The notes below the pieces were generated by a model, which saw only the letters and a program-made list of their open reading frames with translations, had not been told where the DNA came from and did no database searches. Shown here one piece after another: positions 37,239 through 47,051 of a stretch of 60,423 bases of DNA. Position numbers and translations under genes: made by a program. The stretch's first letter is position 1. Each line of letters opens with the position of its first letter. Source of the DNA: an uncultured Spirochaetia bacterium (GTDB taxonomy: Bacteria > Oederibacteriota > PGYV01 > CAYNMZ01); NCBI GenBank assembly GCA_964398505.1, contig CAYNMZ010000002.1:1-60423 (forward strand), written 5' to 3'.

Positions 37239-38309
37239 ATGGCTTTTAAAAGGCTAAAGACAAGGCAGGTAAGAATAGGAAGGGCAGTTATAGGCGCGGG
37301 AAACCCGGTCCTTGTGCAGTCAATGACAAACACAAGGACCTCTGACGTCAGGGGAACTGTAAGCCAGATAAAAAGGCTGGCTGACGCGGGCTGTGAGATA
37401 GTGCGCTGCGGCGTGCCTGACATGGAGTCCGCAAAAGCCCTGAAAGCCATAAAAAAGAAGGTTAAAATTCCGCTTGTGGCGGACATTCATTACGATTACA
37501 GGCTCGCTCTTGAGGCTATAAAAAGCGGGGCTGACAAGATAAGGATCAATCCAGGAAACATAGGCTCAGCGGACAAGGTGTCGCAGGTCATACTGGCGGC
37601 AAAGGAACGCGGGGTGGCAATAAGGGTCGGGGTGAACGCGGGAAGCCTGAAGAAAATTGAAAATCTGAAACTTAAGACCGAAAGCGGGAACAGGACAGCG
37701 GACGCCATGGTCGCCTCGCTTCTTGAGTATATTGAGTTCTTTGAGATGCATGATTTCACGGATATTGTAGTTTCTTTGAAAGCATCAGATGTCGTGACCA
37801 CAATAGAAGCATATAAGCTGTTCTCGCAAATGAGGGATTATCCTCTACATATAGGGGTGACTGAAGCCGGTACAGAGCTTGGAGGCACGATAAAGACGGC
37901 CGCAGGACTGGGAATACTCCTGTATGAGGGGCTTGGAGACACTTTGCGAGTTTCGCTCACTGCCGAGCCTGAAAAGGAAGTCTATGTGGCGTACAGGCTG
38001 CTTGACGCTCTCGGCATGAGGAAAAGGGGCGCCGAGATAGTATCATGCCCTACGTGCGCCAGGACCGAGATTGACGTGATAAAGCTGGCGCATGACGTTG
38101 AAAAGGCGGCTATGGGAATAAAAAAACCCGTAAAAATAGCAGTGATGGGTTGTTCTGTGAACGGACCGGGTGAGGCCGCTCACGCCGACATAGGCGTTTC
38201 AGGCGGCAGGGGCGTGGGCCTGATATTTAGGAAGGGAAAGATATTGAAAAAAGTGCCGAAGAAAGACCTGATGAAAGAATTTAATAAAGAGCTTAAAAAA
38301 CTTATATAG
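37239..38309 (+). CDS. ispG: (E)-4-hydroxy-3-methylbut-2-enyl-diphosphate synthase
   Basis: VQSMTNT, ADIHYD, RINPGN, SCPTCAR, MGCSVNGPGEA. Confidence 0.97.
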   Translation: MAFKRLKTRQVRIGRAVIGAGNPVLVQSMTNTRTSDVRGTVSQIKRLADAGCEIVRCGVPDMESAKALKAIKKKVKIPLVADIHYDYRLALEAIKSGADKIRINPGNIGSADKVSQVILAAKERGVAIRVGVNAGSLKKIENLKLKTESGNRTADAMVASLLEYIEFFEMHDFTDIVVSLKASDVVTTIEAYKLFSQMRDYPLHIGVTEAGTELGGTIKTAAGLGILLYEGLGDTLRVSLTAEPEKEVYVAYRLLDALGMRKRGAEIVSCPTCARTEIDVIKLAHDVEKAAMGIKKPVKIAVMGCSVNGPGEAAHADIGVSGGRGVGLIFRKGKILKKVPKKDLMKEFNKELKKLI

Positions 38310-38369
38310 TTTATATTTGATACTTTATGGTTAAGACGCAAAGGTTTTCACCGTCAAATATAAGCTATA
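38305..38369. repeat. 16-bp-stem hairpin homologous to the 3038-3094 hairpin
   Basis: TATAGTTTATATTTGA ... TCAAATATAAGCTATA (15 Watson-Crick pairs plus 1 G.U). Confidence 0.8.
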
Positions 38370-38390
38370 AATTTACAAGGAGTTAACGAA

Positions 38391-40112
38391 ATGAGATGGT
38401 CCAATGCCCTGATAAACACATTGCGAGAGACGCCGAAGGAAGCTGAGGCGGTAAGCCACAAGCTGATGATGAGGGCCGGGCTTATAGCCAAGCTGGGCTC
38501 AGGAATATACGATTTCCTGCCGCTGGGATGGAAAGCCGTAAAAAAGGTAATGAACATAATCAGGGAGGAAATGGACGCCGCGGGCGCGCAGGAAGTCCTG
38601 CTGCCGATTTTATCCCCGGCGGAGCTGTGGAAAGAGACAGGGCGCTGGTCGCTTTACGGAAAGGAAATGATGCGGTTAAAGGACAGGAACGACGCGGAGT
38701 ACGGGCTGGGGCCGACGCACGAGGAAGTCATAACCGACCTTGTAAGGAGGCAGGTGACCTCATACAAGCAGCTGCCCGTCAACCTTTACCAGATACAGAT
38801 AAAGTTCCGTGACGAGATAAGGCCGCGCTTCGGCATAATGCGCGCGAGGGAATTCATGATGAAAGACGCTTACTCCTTTGACAGGAACGAGGAGGAGGCG
38901 CAGAAAAGCTACAGGAAAATGTTTGAGACGTACAATAAAATATGCAGGCGTATCGGCTTTAAGTTCAGGCCAGTAGAGGCGGATTCCGGCGCCATAGGCG
39001 GCTCGTCGTCGGCCGAATTCATGGTGCTGGCCGAGACCGGCGAGGAGACGATAGCTTATTGTGAAAAATGCGATTACGCGGCCAATGTAGAGAAAGCCTC
39101 GGGAAAAATAGCGGCCATAGGCGGGAACGCCGGGGAGAAGCTTGAAAAGATCCACACGCCGGACATAAGGACTGTGGAGGAACTGGCAGCTTTTGTAAAA
39201 ATGAAGCCCGAAGACACGGCAAAGACGATATTTTACATGGCTGACGGCGTGATGACAGCGGCCATGATGAGGGGGGACAGGGAAATAAACGAGATTAAGC
39301 TGAAGAATGTGGCAGGCGCGGCCGACCTGAGGCTCGCGACGCCCGAGGAGATAAAGGCAAAGACAGGCGCGCCCGTGGGTTTTGCCGGGCCGATTAACCT
39401 TAAGGAAAAAGGAATAAAACTTATAATAGACAATACTGTCGCGGCAATGGGATCAATGGTATGCGGCGGGAATGAAAAGGATTACCACTATGTGGGCGTA
39501 AAAAGGGGCAGGGATTTTAACGAGGACATGACGGCTGACATCATAAAACTGAAAAAAGGCGACATTTGCGCGAAATGCGGGGGCGCGATAAACGAGCAAA
39601 AAGGCATAGAAATGGGCCATGTGTTTTATCTCGGCACAAAGTACTCAAAAGCCATGAAAGCAACTTTCCTTGACGAAAACCAGAAGGCCGTGGAATTTGT
39701 AATGGGCTGTTACGGCATAGGCGTGACAAGGATAGTGGCCGCTGCCATAGAACAGGGCAATGACGAGAACGGCATAATCTGGCCCATGGCGATCGCGCCT
39801 TACGAGGTTTACGTGGCGCCGGTGAATAACAAATACAAGGAAGGACTGGATTTCGCGTTTGAGCTGTATGAGAGGCTGAAGGCCGCGGGTATTGATGTTA
39901 TATTTGATGACCGCGACATATCGCCGGGAGTAAAGTTCAAGGACGCGGATTTAATAGGCTTTCCCGTACGGGTAGTGGTTGGAGAGAAGCATTTTAAGGA
40001 CAATAAGGTGGAGTTCAAGCTGAGAAAGGAAAAGAACCTTGAGCTTGTCGGAAGGGATGAGGTTTTTGACAGGGTTGTTGCGGCAGTAAGGGCGGAAAAA
40101 AGCATTTCGTAA
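38391..40112 (+). CDS. proS: Proline-tRNA ligase (bacterial type with insertion editing domain)
   Basis: SHKLMMRAG, GPTHEE, KFRDEIRPRFG.MRAREF.MKDAYSF, MGCYGIGVTR, KFKDADLIGFP. Confidence 0.98.
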   Translation: MRWSNALINTLRETPKEAEAVSHKLMMRAGLIAKLGSGIYDFLPLGWKAVKKVMNIIREEMDAAGAQEVLLPILSPAELWKETGRWSLYGKEMMRLKDRNDAEYGLGPTHEEVITDLVRRQVTSYKQLPVNLYQIQIKFRDEIRPRFGIMRAREFMMKDAYSFDRNEEEAQKSYRKMFETYNKICRRIGFKFRPVEADSGAIGGSSSAEFMVLAETGEETIAYCEKCDYAANVEKASGKIAAIGGNAGEKLEKIHTPDIRTVEELAAFVKMKPEDTAKTIFYMADGVMTAAMMRGDREINEIKLKNVAGAADLRLATPEEIKAKTGAPVGFAGPINLKEKGIKLIIDNTVAAMGSMVCGGNEKDYHYVGVKRGRDFNEDMTADIIKLKKGDICAKCGGAINEQKGIEMGHVFYLGTKYSKAMKATFLDENQKAVEFVMGCYGIGVTRIVAAAIEQGNDENGIIWPMAIAPYEVYVAPVNNKYKEGLDFAFELYERLKAAGIDVIFDDRDISPGVKFKDADLIGFPVRVVVGEKHFKDNKVEFKLRKEKNLELVGRDEVFDRVVAAVRAEKSIS

Positions 40113-40167
40113 TCCGCGGAAAAGGCCTTTAAAATAAGGTGTTTATATGAAAAACCCTAAAAACACC

Positions 40168-40195
40168 TTGACACAGCCGGAAAAACTGGTATAAT
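40168..40195 (+). promoter_or_regulatory. Cold-shock gene promoter
   Basis: TTGACA, 16 bp, TG-n-TATAAT. Confidence 0.82.
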
Positions 40196-40274
40196 CATTA
40201 GCGTTCCCAAAAATAGGGGGCATTTGTAGATTTAAGGTCTACAAGTAACAAAATTTTCAGGAGGCAACAGAAAC

Positions 40275-40478
40275 ATGGCAACAGGAAAAGTGAAGTGGTT
40301 CAATGAAAAGAAAGGCTACGGATTCATTGAACAGGAAGGCGGCAAGGACGTGTTCGTGCATTATGAAGCGATTCAGATGGACGGGTTCAAGACCTTAAAA
40401 GAGGGCGAGACCGTGACCTTTGACATCGTTGAAGGCGCGAAAGGCCCCCAGGCAGCCAACGTAAAAAGCGCCGGCTAA
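40275..40478 (+). CDS. Cold-shock protein (CspA family)
   Basis: [15 protein letters not shown] (RNP1), DVFVHY (RNP2), KGPQAANV. Confidence 0.96.
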   Translation: MATGKVKWFNEKKGYGFIEQEGGKDVFVHYEAIQMDGFKTLKEGETVTFDIVEGAKGPQAANVKSAG

Positions 40479-40501
40479 TCACAGCGGACGCTTTACGATA
40501 G

Positions 40502-40534
40502 AAGCCCGGCAGGATTTCCTGCCGGGCTTTTTTT
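40502..40534 (+). terminator. Rho-independent terminator after csp
   Basis: AAGCCCGGCAGG-ATTT-CCTGCCGGGCTT followed by a T-run. Confidence 0.92.
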
Positions 40535-40644
40535 ATTTAGATGCACTTATGCCCGGGATAAAAATAGCTGCTACGTGTTTCTTGCCTGAAAAACGAGTTT
40601 TTATATTAAAGATTTAACCCGCTGTCCTAAAATTCCCTAAAAAA

Positions 40645-40673
40645 TTGACAAAACAGCCTTATAATGATAAAAT
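40645..40673 (+). promoter_or_regulatory. Promoter at the head of the chemosensory locus
   Basis: TTGACA, 17 bp, TG-n-TAAAAT. Confidence 0.78.
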
Positions 40674-40709
40674 AAATTATATTATTTTAATGCTCATGAG
40701 GAGACAAAA

Positions 40710-41111
40710 ATGGGGATAAAGCAGTTGATTATTATTTTTTTGGTTATTGTTTTCGGTGCTTCATATCTTATCGGCGGGTCTGAGTCAATCAGCGAAAAAA
40801 TAGAAAAATATTTGGACTCTAATTTTAAGTATGACCCTGAAAACTACGAAAAGTACTCTTATTTAAACATTGTTTATATGAACCTTACCGCAAAATATGA
40901 CAGAGCCCTGCAGCTTATTGAAAAGTACGAGGCGCGGTTTGAAAAGGACGAGCAGAAGGCAAAGGCCCAGTTTCAGAGGGCGAGCGCCTATGACCGCAAG
41001 CTGGATGGTAAGAGGGCGAGGGCTGAGTACCAGAAATATGTTGACCTTTACCCTGAAGGACCCAATGCAAAAAAGGCACGGGAAAGAATAAACTTCCTAA
41101 AATTTTATTGA
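40710..41111 (+). CDS. Small membrane-anchored TPR-like protein (BamD/CpoB-like end)
   Basis: N-terminal hydrophobic anchor; AQFQRASAY...ARAEYQKYVDLYPEG..AKKA. Confidence 0.65.
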   Translation: MGIKQLIIIFLVIVFGASYLIGGSESISEKIEKYLDSNFKYDPENYEKYSYLNIVYMNLTAKYDRALQLIEKYEARFEKDEQKAKAQFQRASAYDRKLDGKRARAEYQKYVDLYPEGPNAKKARERINFLKFY

Positions 41112-41121
41112 AAATGGTGAA

Positions 41122-42162
41122 TTGATGGACAAAATAATTCTTGCGCTTATGACCGCCGTTTTATTTTTATCCTCATGCGTGTCAACGGGCGGTGAAGCCG
41201 GCAATTACGCTCAAAAGACTCAACAGGAAGAAGCGGACGATGATTTTGTAAAACAGGCGCCTATAGACGAAAATTACGTTGACACTGACGGCATAATAAT
41301 ACTTTCCCCGGGAGAATCAGAGGCGTCCGAGCTTGAGAAGTATATACTTGGCAGGAGAAAACAGGTGACAGAAGCCGGGGATGAAACAGAGAAAGGCACG
41401 GGCGAGGAGATAACCTTTGAATATGAGCCCGATTCCTCGGGAGTTTTGCTTGTAGAGTCCGAGTCAAATGCCACGGTTGACAGGGCGGGATTTGTCCTTG
41501 TGGAAAAAGCCGGGTTTATCAGCCAGAATTTCACTGAGGACGGTTTCGTTTATTCGCTTGACGAGCACAAGGAGCTTATTGCCGCGGGCGACATGGTTTA
41601 CATAAAGCTTACTGTAGGCAAGGGCGCGCCCAAAGGCAGGCAGTTTTCCATATATGAGGATTCCGAGGAAGTGGTGAACAAGCTTACGGGAGAGCCTATG
41701 GGAAAGCTGATAAAGTTCGTCGGCGTGCTGAAAATCATAGGCAATGTGGAGGACAATATTTACAGGGCCAAGATAACAAAGAGTTATGAGCCGATAAGGA
41801 ACAACTACAAGATAAAAACAAGGCAGGACATGCAGAAATACCACAAGGAAATATCCATGAAGGTGAAAAAAAAGAACCTTGCGGTCCGGGCAAACATAGT
41901 TAAGGTAAAGGACGACACAAAGAGCCTGAAAAGCACTGACCTGATATACCTGGACGCGGGTATTTCCTCCGGCCTGCTGCCCGGGGAAAAACTGGGTATA
42001 TACAGGCCGCGGCAGATAAAGGAAACAGGCAAGGAAGAGGAATATAACAGGATAGGCACCTGCCTCATAATGAACTCCATGCAAAATTCCGCGGTAGCAC
42101 TTATAGTCAAGCAGGACGATATAATAAGGGCCGGCGATATTGTAAAAACGCCTTTAAAGTAG
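41122..42162 (+). CDS. Lipoprotein with two FlgT-C/TsaP-like beta domains
   Basis: Lipobox LFLSSC; GDMVYI..G....FSIY....V....TGEPMG and DLIYLDAG.SSGL.PGEKLGIY repeats. Confidence 0.6.
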   Translation: MMDKIILALMTAVLFLSSCVSTGGEAGNYAQKTQQEEADDDFVKQAPIDENYVDTDGIIILSPGESEASELEKYILGRRKQVTEAGDETEKGTGEEITFEYEPDSSGVLLVESESNATVDRAGFVLVEKAGFISQNFTEDGFVYSLDEHKELIAAGDMVYIKLTVGKGAPKGRQFSIYEDSEEVVNKLTGEPMGKLIKFVGVLKIIGNVEDNIYRAKITKSYEPIRNNYKIKTRQDMQKYHKEISMKVKKKNLAVRANIVKVKDDTKSLKSTDLIYLDAGISSGLLPGEKLGIYRPRQIKETGKEEEYNRIGTCLIMNSMQNSAVALIVKQDDIIRAGDIVKTPLK

Positions 42163-42214
42163 GAAAAGATGCAAAAGCATTACCGGGCTTCTTACGGCTT
42201 GAGCGGCATCGCCA

Positions 42215-43027
42215 ATGATTGAAAAAGAAGGGTTTGAAAAGCTTAAAAATTTGGTATTTGCCGTCCGCGGCCTTGATGTGGGCCAGTACAAGGAAAATTA
42301 CCTAAAGAGAAGGTTTGCTGTCAGGATGAGGGCGCTTCAAATAAGTGATTACGGGGCTTACGCTTCTTTCCTTGAAAAAAATCCTCAGGAATTTGACATA
42401 TTGATGGATAAACTCACCATAAACGTCACGCAGTTTTTCAGGGATACCGAGGTTTTCAGCGAATTTGAGAATACCGTGCTTTTGGAACTTTTTGAAAACA
42501 AAAAAAACAGGCTGTGTATATGGAGTGCCGGATGTTCCTCTGGCGAGGAGCCGTATTCAATAGCGATTTCCGTGATGGAAACTGCTGAAAAATCGGGCAT
42601 AGGCAGCCTTGACCTTGAAATACAAGCTACAGATATTGACAATGCCGTGCTTTTCAAGGCGGTTTCCGGCAAGTACGAGGGACGAACGCTGGACAATGTG
42701 CCTGAAACCAGGAAAAAAAAGTATTTCAACTTTGACGGCAAAAATTATATAATAAATGAAGAAGTAAGGCAAAAAGTAAAGTTTATCAGGGCCAACCTGA
42801 TGGAACCCTATAAAACGGCATATTTTGACGTGGTTTTCTGCAGGAATGTGATTATTTATTTTTCCAGGGAGCTGCAGAAAAAGGTCATAGGTTTTTTTTA
42901 TGACGCTTTAAAGGAAGGCGGATATTTTTTCATGGGTAAGACAGAGACAATGCTTATGGAAATGCGCGAAAAGTTTGAATGCGTGAATATAAAGGAGAGA
43001 ATTTTCAGGAAGACCTCGCGGAAATGA
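42215..43027 (+). CDS. cheR: Chemotaxis protein-glutamate methyltransferase
   Basis: TINVTQFFRD, IWSAGCSSGEEPYS, ATDID, DVVFCRNVIIYF, MGKTE. Confidence 0.95.
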   Translation: MIEKEGFEKLKNLVFAVRGLDVGQYKENYLKRRFAVRMRALQISDYGAYASFLEKNPQEFDILMDKLTINVTQFFRDTEVFSEFENTVLLELFENKKNRLCIWSAGCSSGEEPYSIAISVMETAEKSGIGSLDLEIQATDIDNAVLFKAVSGKYEGRTLDNVPETRKKKYFNFDGKNYIINEEVRQKVKFIRANLMEPYKTAYFDVVFCRNVIIYFSRELQKKVIGFFYDALKEGGYFFMGKTETMLMEMREKFECVNIKERIFRKTSRK

Positions 43028-43078
43028 CATATTAATTTAAATCAGGCAGTATAAAAGAAGTGCAAAAGGCGGAACAAA

Positions 43079-44257
43079 ATGGAAACAGTACAGGATCATA
43101 TAAATCTCGGAATGGCGTTCACTGTAAGCAAGAATTACGCCATGGCCATAAAAGAGTTTGAGAAGGCGCTGTCCATAAACCCCGAGGACGCCGAGGTCCA
43201 TGCCCACCTTGCCAACGCCTACATATACAAGGGCGATTACGAGAAAGCTGTTGCAAGTTATGAGAAATCCCTAAAAATAAACCCGATGAATGTTTCTGTG
43301 ATAACAAAGCTTGGCAGGCTGTACGCTAACATGGGCAAGGCTGATAAGGCGCTTGAGGAATATAAGAAAGCCATAGAGATAAACCCTAATGACATCGCTG
43401 TCAGGCACTCGCTTGCGGACGTTTACGTGAAGCTTGAAAAATATGATGACGCGAGCAGGGAATACGGGTTGATACTAAAAAAGGAGCCTGAAAATACCGA
43501 GATTAGGTTCAAAATGGGTTATATTTTTGAGGCGCAGAAAAAATTTGTCGAGGCGGCCGCGGAATACGAGCAGGTTTTAAAGTCAAACCCTAAAAGCCCC
43601 GGAATAAACTCAATGTTGGGCAATGTATACAGGCACATGAAGAATTATGACAAGGCAATAGAGGCATATACAAGGGCGATAAAAGTCAACCCGAATGAAG
43701 CGGGAGTGGCTTTCAACTTGGGTGTGCTTTATTACGAGCGCGGCGAGCTGGAAAAGGCGCTTGAACAGCTGGAAAAAGCAAAGCAGAACAAGTTTAAAAA
43801 TCCTGAAGTTTATACGCTTACGGCTGAAATATACAATAAGCTCGGCAAAAAGACCGAAGCCATGCAAGAATACAAGAAAATAGCGGGTTCGGGTACCGCG
43901 GATCCCGAGACTCACAAGGCCATGGGTTTTGTTTTCAGCGAGGAAGGACAGCTGGACGATGCTATCAGGGAATATAATGCCGCGTTAAAGCAGAAAAAGG
44001 ACGATCCTGCCGTGTACGAGGCGCTGGGCCATTTATATTACAAGAAGCTAATGTACGGCGAGGCCAAGGAAAATTTCCTTAAAAGCGCGGAACTGGGAAG
44101 GGAAAGCGCCGATATGTATTACAAACTTGGTAACATTTCAATGAAGGAAAATGACCCTGCAAAGGCGGCCGATTACTGGAAAAAATCCCTGCGAATTAAT
44201 CCGTCAAATGAGATAATAAAAAAGAACCTCAAATTGCTTACCGGCGAAAGCCTGTAG
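43079..44257 (+). CDS. Cytoplasmic TPR-repeat protein (~10 TPRs)
   Basis: Repeated LG..Y...G.Y.KA...Y.KA..INP; no signal peptide. Confidence 0.88.
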   Translation: METVQDHINLGMAFTVSKNYAMAIKEFEKALSINPEDAEVHAHLANAYIYKGDYEKAVASYEKSLKINPMNVSVITKLGRLYANMGKADKALEEYKKAIEINPNDIAVRHSLADVYVKLEKYDDASREYGLILKKEPENTEIRFKMGYIFEAQKKFVEAAAEYEQVLKSNPKSPGINSMLGNVYRHMKNYDKAIEAYTRAIKVNPNEAGVAFNLGVLYYERGELEKALEQLEKAKQNKFKNPEVYTLTAEIYNKLGKKTEAMQEYKKIAGSGTADPETHKAMGFVFSEEGQLDDAIREYNAALKQKKDDPAVYEALGHLYYKKLMYGEAKENFLKSAELGRESADMYYKLGNISMKENDPAKAADYWKKSLRINPSNEIIKKNLKLLTGESL

Positions 44258-44265
44258 GGCCGTCT

Positions 44266-44868
44266 ATGGATGTCATAAAAAAACAGCAGAAAAGCCTCGG
44301 CGAGATACTTGTTCATTCCGGGCTGATAACGAGGGAACAGCTTGATGAGGCCTTGGCGGATCAGAAGCAAAGCTCGGAGCCGCTCGGCAAGGTGCTGGTC
44401 AGGAAGGGTTATGTAAGCGAGCATGACATAATGGACGCCTTAAAGGGCATGCTTGTCGTAGTAGTCCGGGCGGGCGGCGAGGATTTTGGCGTTGAGATAA
44501 TATTTGCTCGCGAGATACTCAATTACAGGAAAATAACGCCCCTGCCTGAAATGCCGCCTTATATACTGGGAATGATAAGCCTAAGGGATGAGATAATCCC
44601 TGTGATTTCTCTGGCAGGTATGGTTTTTGGCGGGCCCTGTGCGGCCGGTGAAGACTCAAAGATTATCGTTATTGAGCGAAAAAATGAATGCGTCGGCCTG
44701 CTTGTGGACTCGGTGATAGCCGTCAGGAACTTCTCAAAGGAAAATTTTGAGGACATGAAGAGAAGCATAATATCAAGGGAAAAGAAATACATTGAGGGCA
44801 TTATAAAGAACAAGGGAGAAATAATAACACTACTTAAGCCGGAATACTTCTTTTCCCGGAGGGATTAA
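44266..44868 (+). CDS. MshEN-like domain fused to CheW
   Basis: SLGEILVHSGLITREQLDEALADQ-5aa-PLGKVLVRKGYV, followed by CheW motifs (TPLPEMPPYILGMISLR, VGLLVDSV). Confidence 0.85.
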   Translation: MDVIKKQQKSLGEILVHSGLITREQLDEALADQKQSSEPLGKVLVRKGYVSEHDIMDALKGMLVVVVRAGGEDFGVEIIFAREILNYRKITPLPEMPPYILGMISLRDEIIPVISLAGMVFGGPCAAGEDSKIIVIERKNECVGLLVDSVIAVRNFSKENFEDMKRSIISREKKYIEGIIKNKGEIITLLKPEYFFSRRD

Positions 44869-47051
44869 TGGAAAATCAGCGGGAAAATCCGGGCATCGGC
44901 GAAAATGACGCCATTGGCCACAACAATGTCGGGGTATATTATTACTCAAAGGGCATGTTCCAGCAGGCAATAGAGGAATTCAAAAAATCCCTGTCAATAA
45001 ATCCGGGCTATATACAGGCTCAGCAGAATTTAAAGGCAGTCAATAAGCAGACCGGGATATACGACCGCGCCATACAGGCATATAAGAAGGTCCTGCAGCT
45101 GCGCGCGGATGACCCTGAAGCATATTACAATCTGGGCAAGGCTTTAAGCTATACCGGTGAATATGCAGCGGCCGCTTCCCATCTTGAGACGGCGCTGAAG
45201 ATAAACCCGGAGCATTTACCTGCCGTCAATTTGCTCGGATTGATATACATTAATAACGGCGAATATGACAAAGCTGTGGGAATACTTGGGCCCGCGACGC
45301 AAAAATACCCGAATTACGCGGAATTAAGAAATACGCTCGGCGAGACTTTCTATAAGATGGGACATTATGCCGAGGCTGAAGAACAGTTAAAGCTCGCGAT
45401 AAAGGCTGACCCTGAGAATTCAACCGCTTATTACACATTAAGCTTTGTATATGGCGAGATGAACAGGGAAGATGACGCCTCAGCGGCTTACGCTAAGGCG
45501 GTAGAGATAAATCCTTCATTTGTGCAGTATAACAAGAGTCTTTTAATAGATGTCTCGGATACCTGCGCGCCAAAAAGGGAGAATGAGGCTGAGAAAGCGC
45601 CTGAGGAAAGGAAAGAGGAAGCTTTTTTCAATCTCGCGAAGGTTTACAGGCTGAAGGGTTATATTGATGATGCCATAACGCAGATAAAAAGGACAATCAC
45701 CTATAACATAAAAAAACCCGACTATTACAATTTTTTCGGCGAACTGCTGATTAAAAAAGGGCTTGTTAAGGACGCGATAGAAATTTTCAGACAGACGCTT
45801 AAAATTGACCCTGATTTTGTTGAGGCTAAGGTCAATATTGGCCGAGCTTACAGGGAAATGAAGGAATTTGACAAAGCCAGGGGCGTTATGGACGCCATAG
45901 AGGAGGAAAACCCGGGGTATTCAAACATCAACCTGGAGAGGGGCATAATATCCTACAAGGAAGAGAAGTTGGATGAGGCAATGGTGTTTTTCAAAAAACA
46001 GATTGAGGTCGAGCCTTACAATGACGACGCTCACTACTATCTTGGTGTGTCCTATTACAGGAAAAAGGAATATGACGCCGCGATTACAGAGCTTCGCCGC
46101 GCGCTGGAACTGGTGCCTGATTACATAAAAAAGCCGGATGTAAACCTTTACCTGGGTCTTGTCCTGACGGACAAAGGCAGGAACGAGGAAGCCATAATAG
46201 AGTACCAAAAGGCGCTGTCGGTACAGCCCGACAACGCTGTGGCGCACAATTCAATGGGAGTCGCTTTCAAAAACCTCGGCAATATAGAAAAGGCAATAGA
46301 GGAATACAAGCGGGCTGTAGCTATAGATAAAAATTATTACAAGGCTTACAATAATCTGGGAGTAGCTTATTACAAGAAGAACTTTTTCAGTGAAGCTGAA
46401 AAATATTTCCAAAAGGCGCTTGAGATTGAGCCTAATTACGAGGTGGCTAAAAAGAACCTGGAAGCCGCCAGGAAAAAGGACTCTGTTTTCAGGGAAACAG
46501 CCGAAAAGATAAAGGAAAAACTGAAAACAGCCCCATCTGACGCGGCCCTAAGGTACGAGCTGGCCAATACGTCCAGAAATACTGGACAATTGAAGGACGC
46601 TATTGTAGAATATAAGAAGGCCATAGAAATTAAGCCTGATTTTATTGATGCGGCAATAAACCTGGGCGCCGCTTACCTTGAGTCAGGGGAATACGATGCG
46701 GCTATAAAGGCCTTTATTTCCGTTATTTCCAGGCAGCCGCTTAATGAAAAAGCTCATTTTATGCTCGCTGAAGCGTACCTGAAAAAGGACTGGTACGACG
46801 AGGCTGACATTGAGTTCCATAAGTCGCTTGAATTAAACCCTGAAAACGACGAGGTTTTTTTCAAGCTGGGCGAAGTTTACAGGAAAAAGGCCTGGTGGGA
46901 CGAGGCGACGGCCATGTGGAAAAAATACATTGACAGCAACCCGGAATCAGAGACCGCAAGACAGGCCCAGGAAAATATCAGGATGGTGGAGCTTTGGAAA
47001 AAGGAGCTTGTGATTTCGCCCTCCGCCGGGAAGAAGAAGATTATAAAATGA
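44868..47051 (+). CDS. Large cytoplasmic TPR-repeat protein (727 aa)
   Basis: Well over a dozen TPRs throughout; no signal peptide; TAATG overlap with the upstream gene. Confidence 0.88.
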   Translation: MENQRENPGIGENDAIGHNNVGVYYYSKGMFQQAIEEFKKSLSINPGYIQAQQNLKAVNKQTGIYDRAIQAYKKVLQLRADDPEAYYNLGKALSYTGEYAAAASHLETALKINPEHLPAVNLLGLIYINNGEYDKAVGILGPATQKYPNYAELRNTLGETFYKMGHYAEAEEQLKLAIKADPENSTAYYTLSFVYGEMNREDDASAAYAKAVEINPSFVQYNKSLLIDVSDTCAPKRENEAEKAPEERKEEAFFNLAKVYRLKGYIDDAITQIKRTITYNIKKPDYYNFFGELLIKKGLVKDAIEIFRQTLKIDPDFVEAKVNIGRAYREMKEFDKARGVMDAIEEENPGYSNINLERGIISYKEEKLDEAMVFFKKQIEVEPYNDDAHYYLGVSYYRKKEYDAAITELRRALELVPDYIKKPDVNLYLGLVLTDKGRNEEAIIEYQKALSVQPDNAVAHNSMGVAFKNLGNIEKAIEEYKRAVAIDKNYYKAYNNLGVAYYKKNFFSEAEKYFQKALEIEPNYEVAKKNLEAARKKDSVFRETAEKIKEKLKTAPSDAALRYELANTSRNTGQLKDAIVEYKKAIEIKPDFIDAAINLGAAYLESGEYDAAIKAFISVISRQPLNEKAHFMLAEAYLKKDWYDEADIEFHKSLELNPENDEVFFKLGEVYRKKAWWDEATAMWKKYIDSNPESETARQAQENIRMVELWKKELVISPSAGKKKIIK

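Noticed and set aside
40201-40274. Hairpins in the csp 5' UTR (TTGTAGA/TCTACAA) as a novel RNA
   Set aside because: Structured leaders are normal for csp genes and the stems are short.
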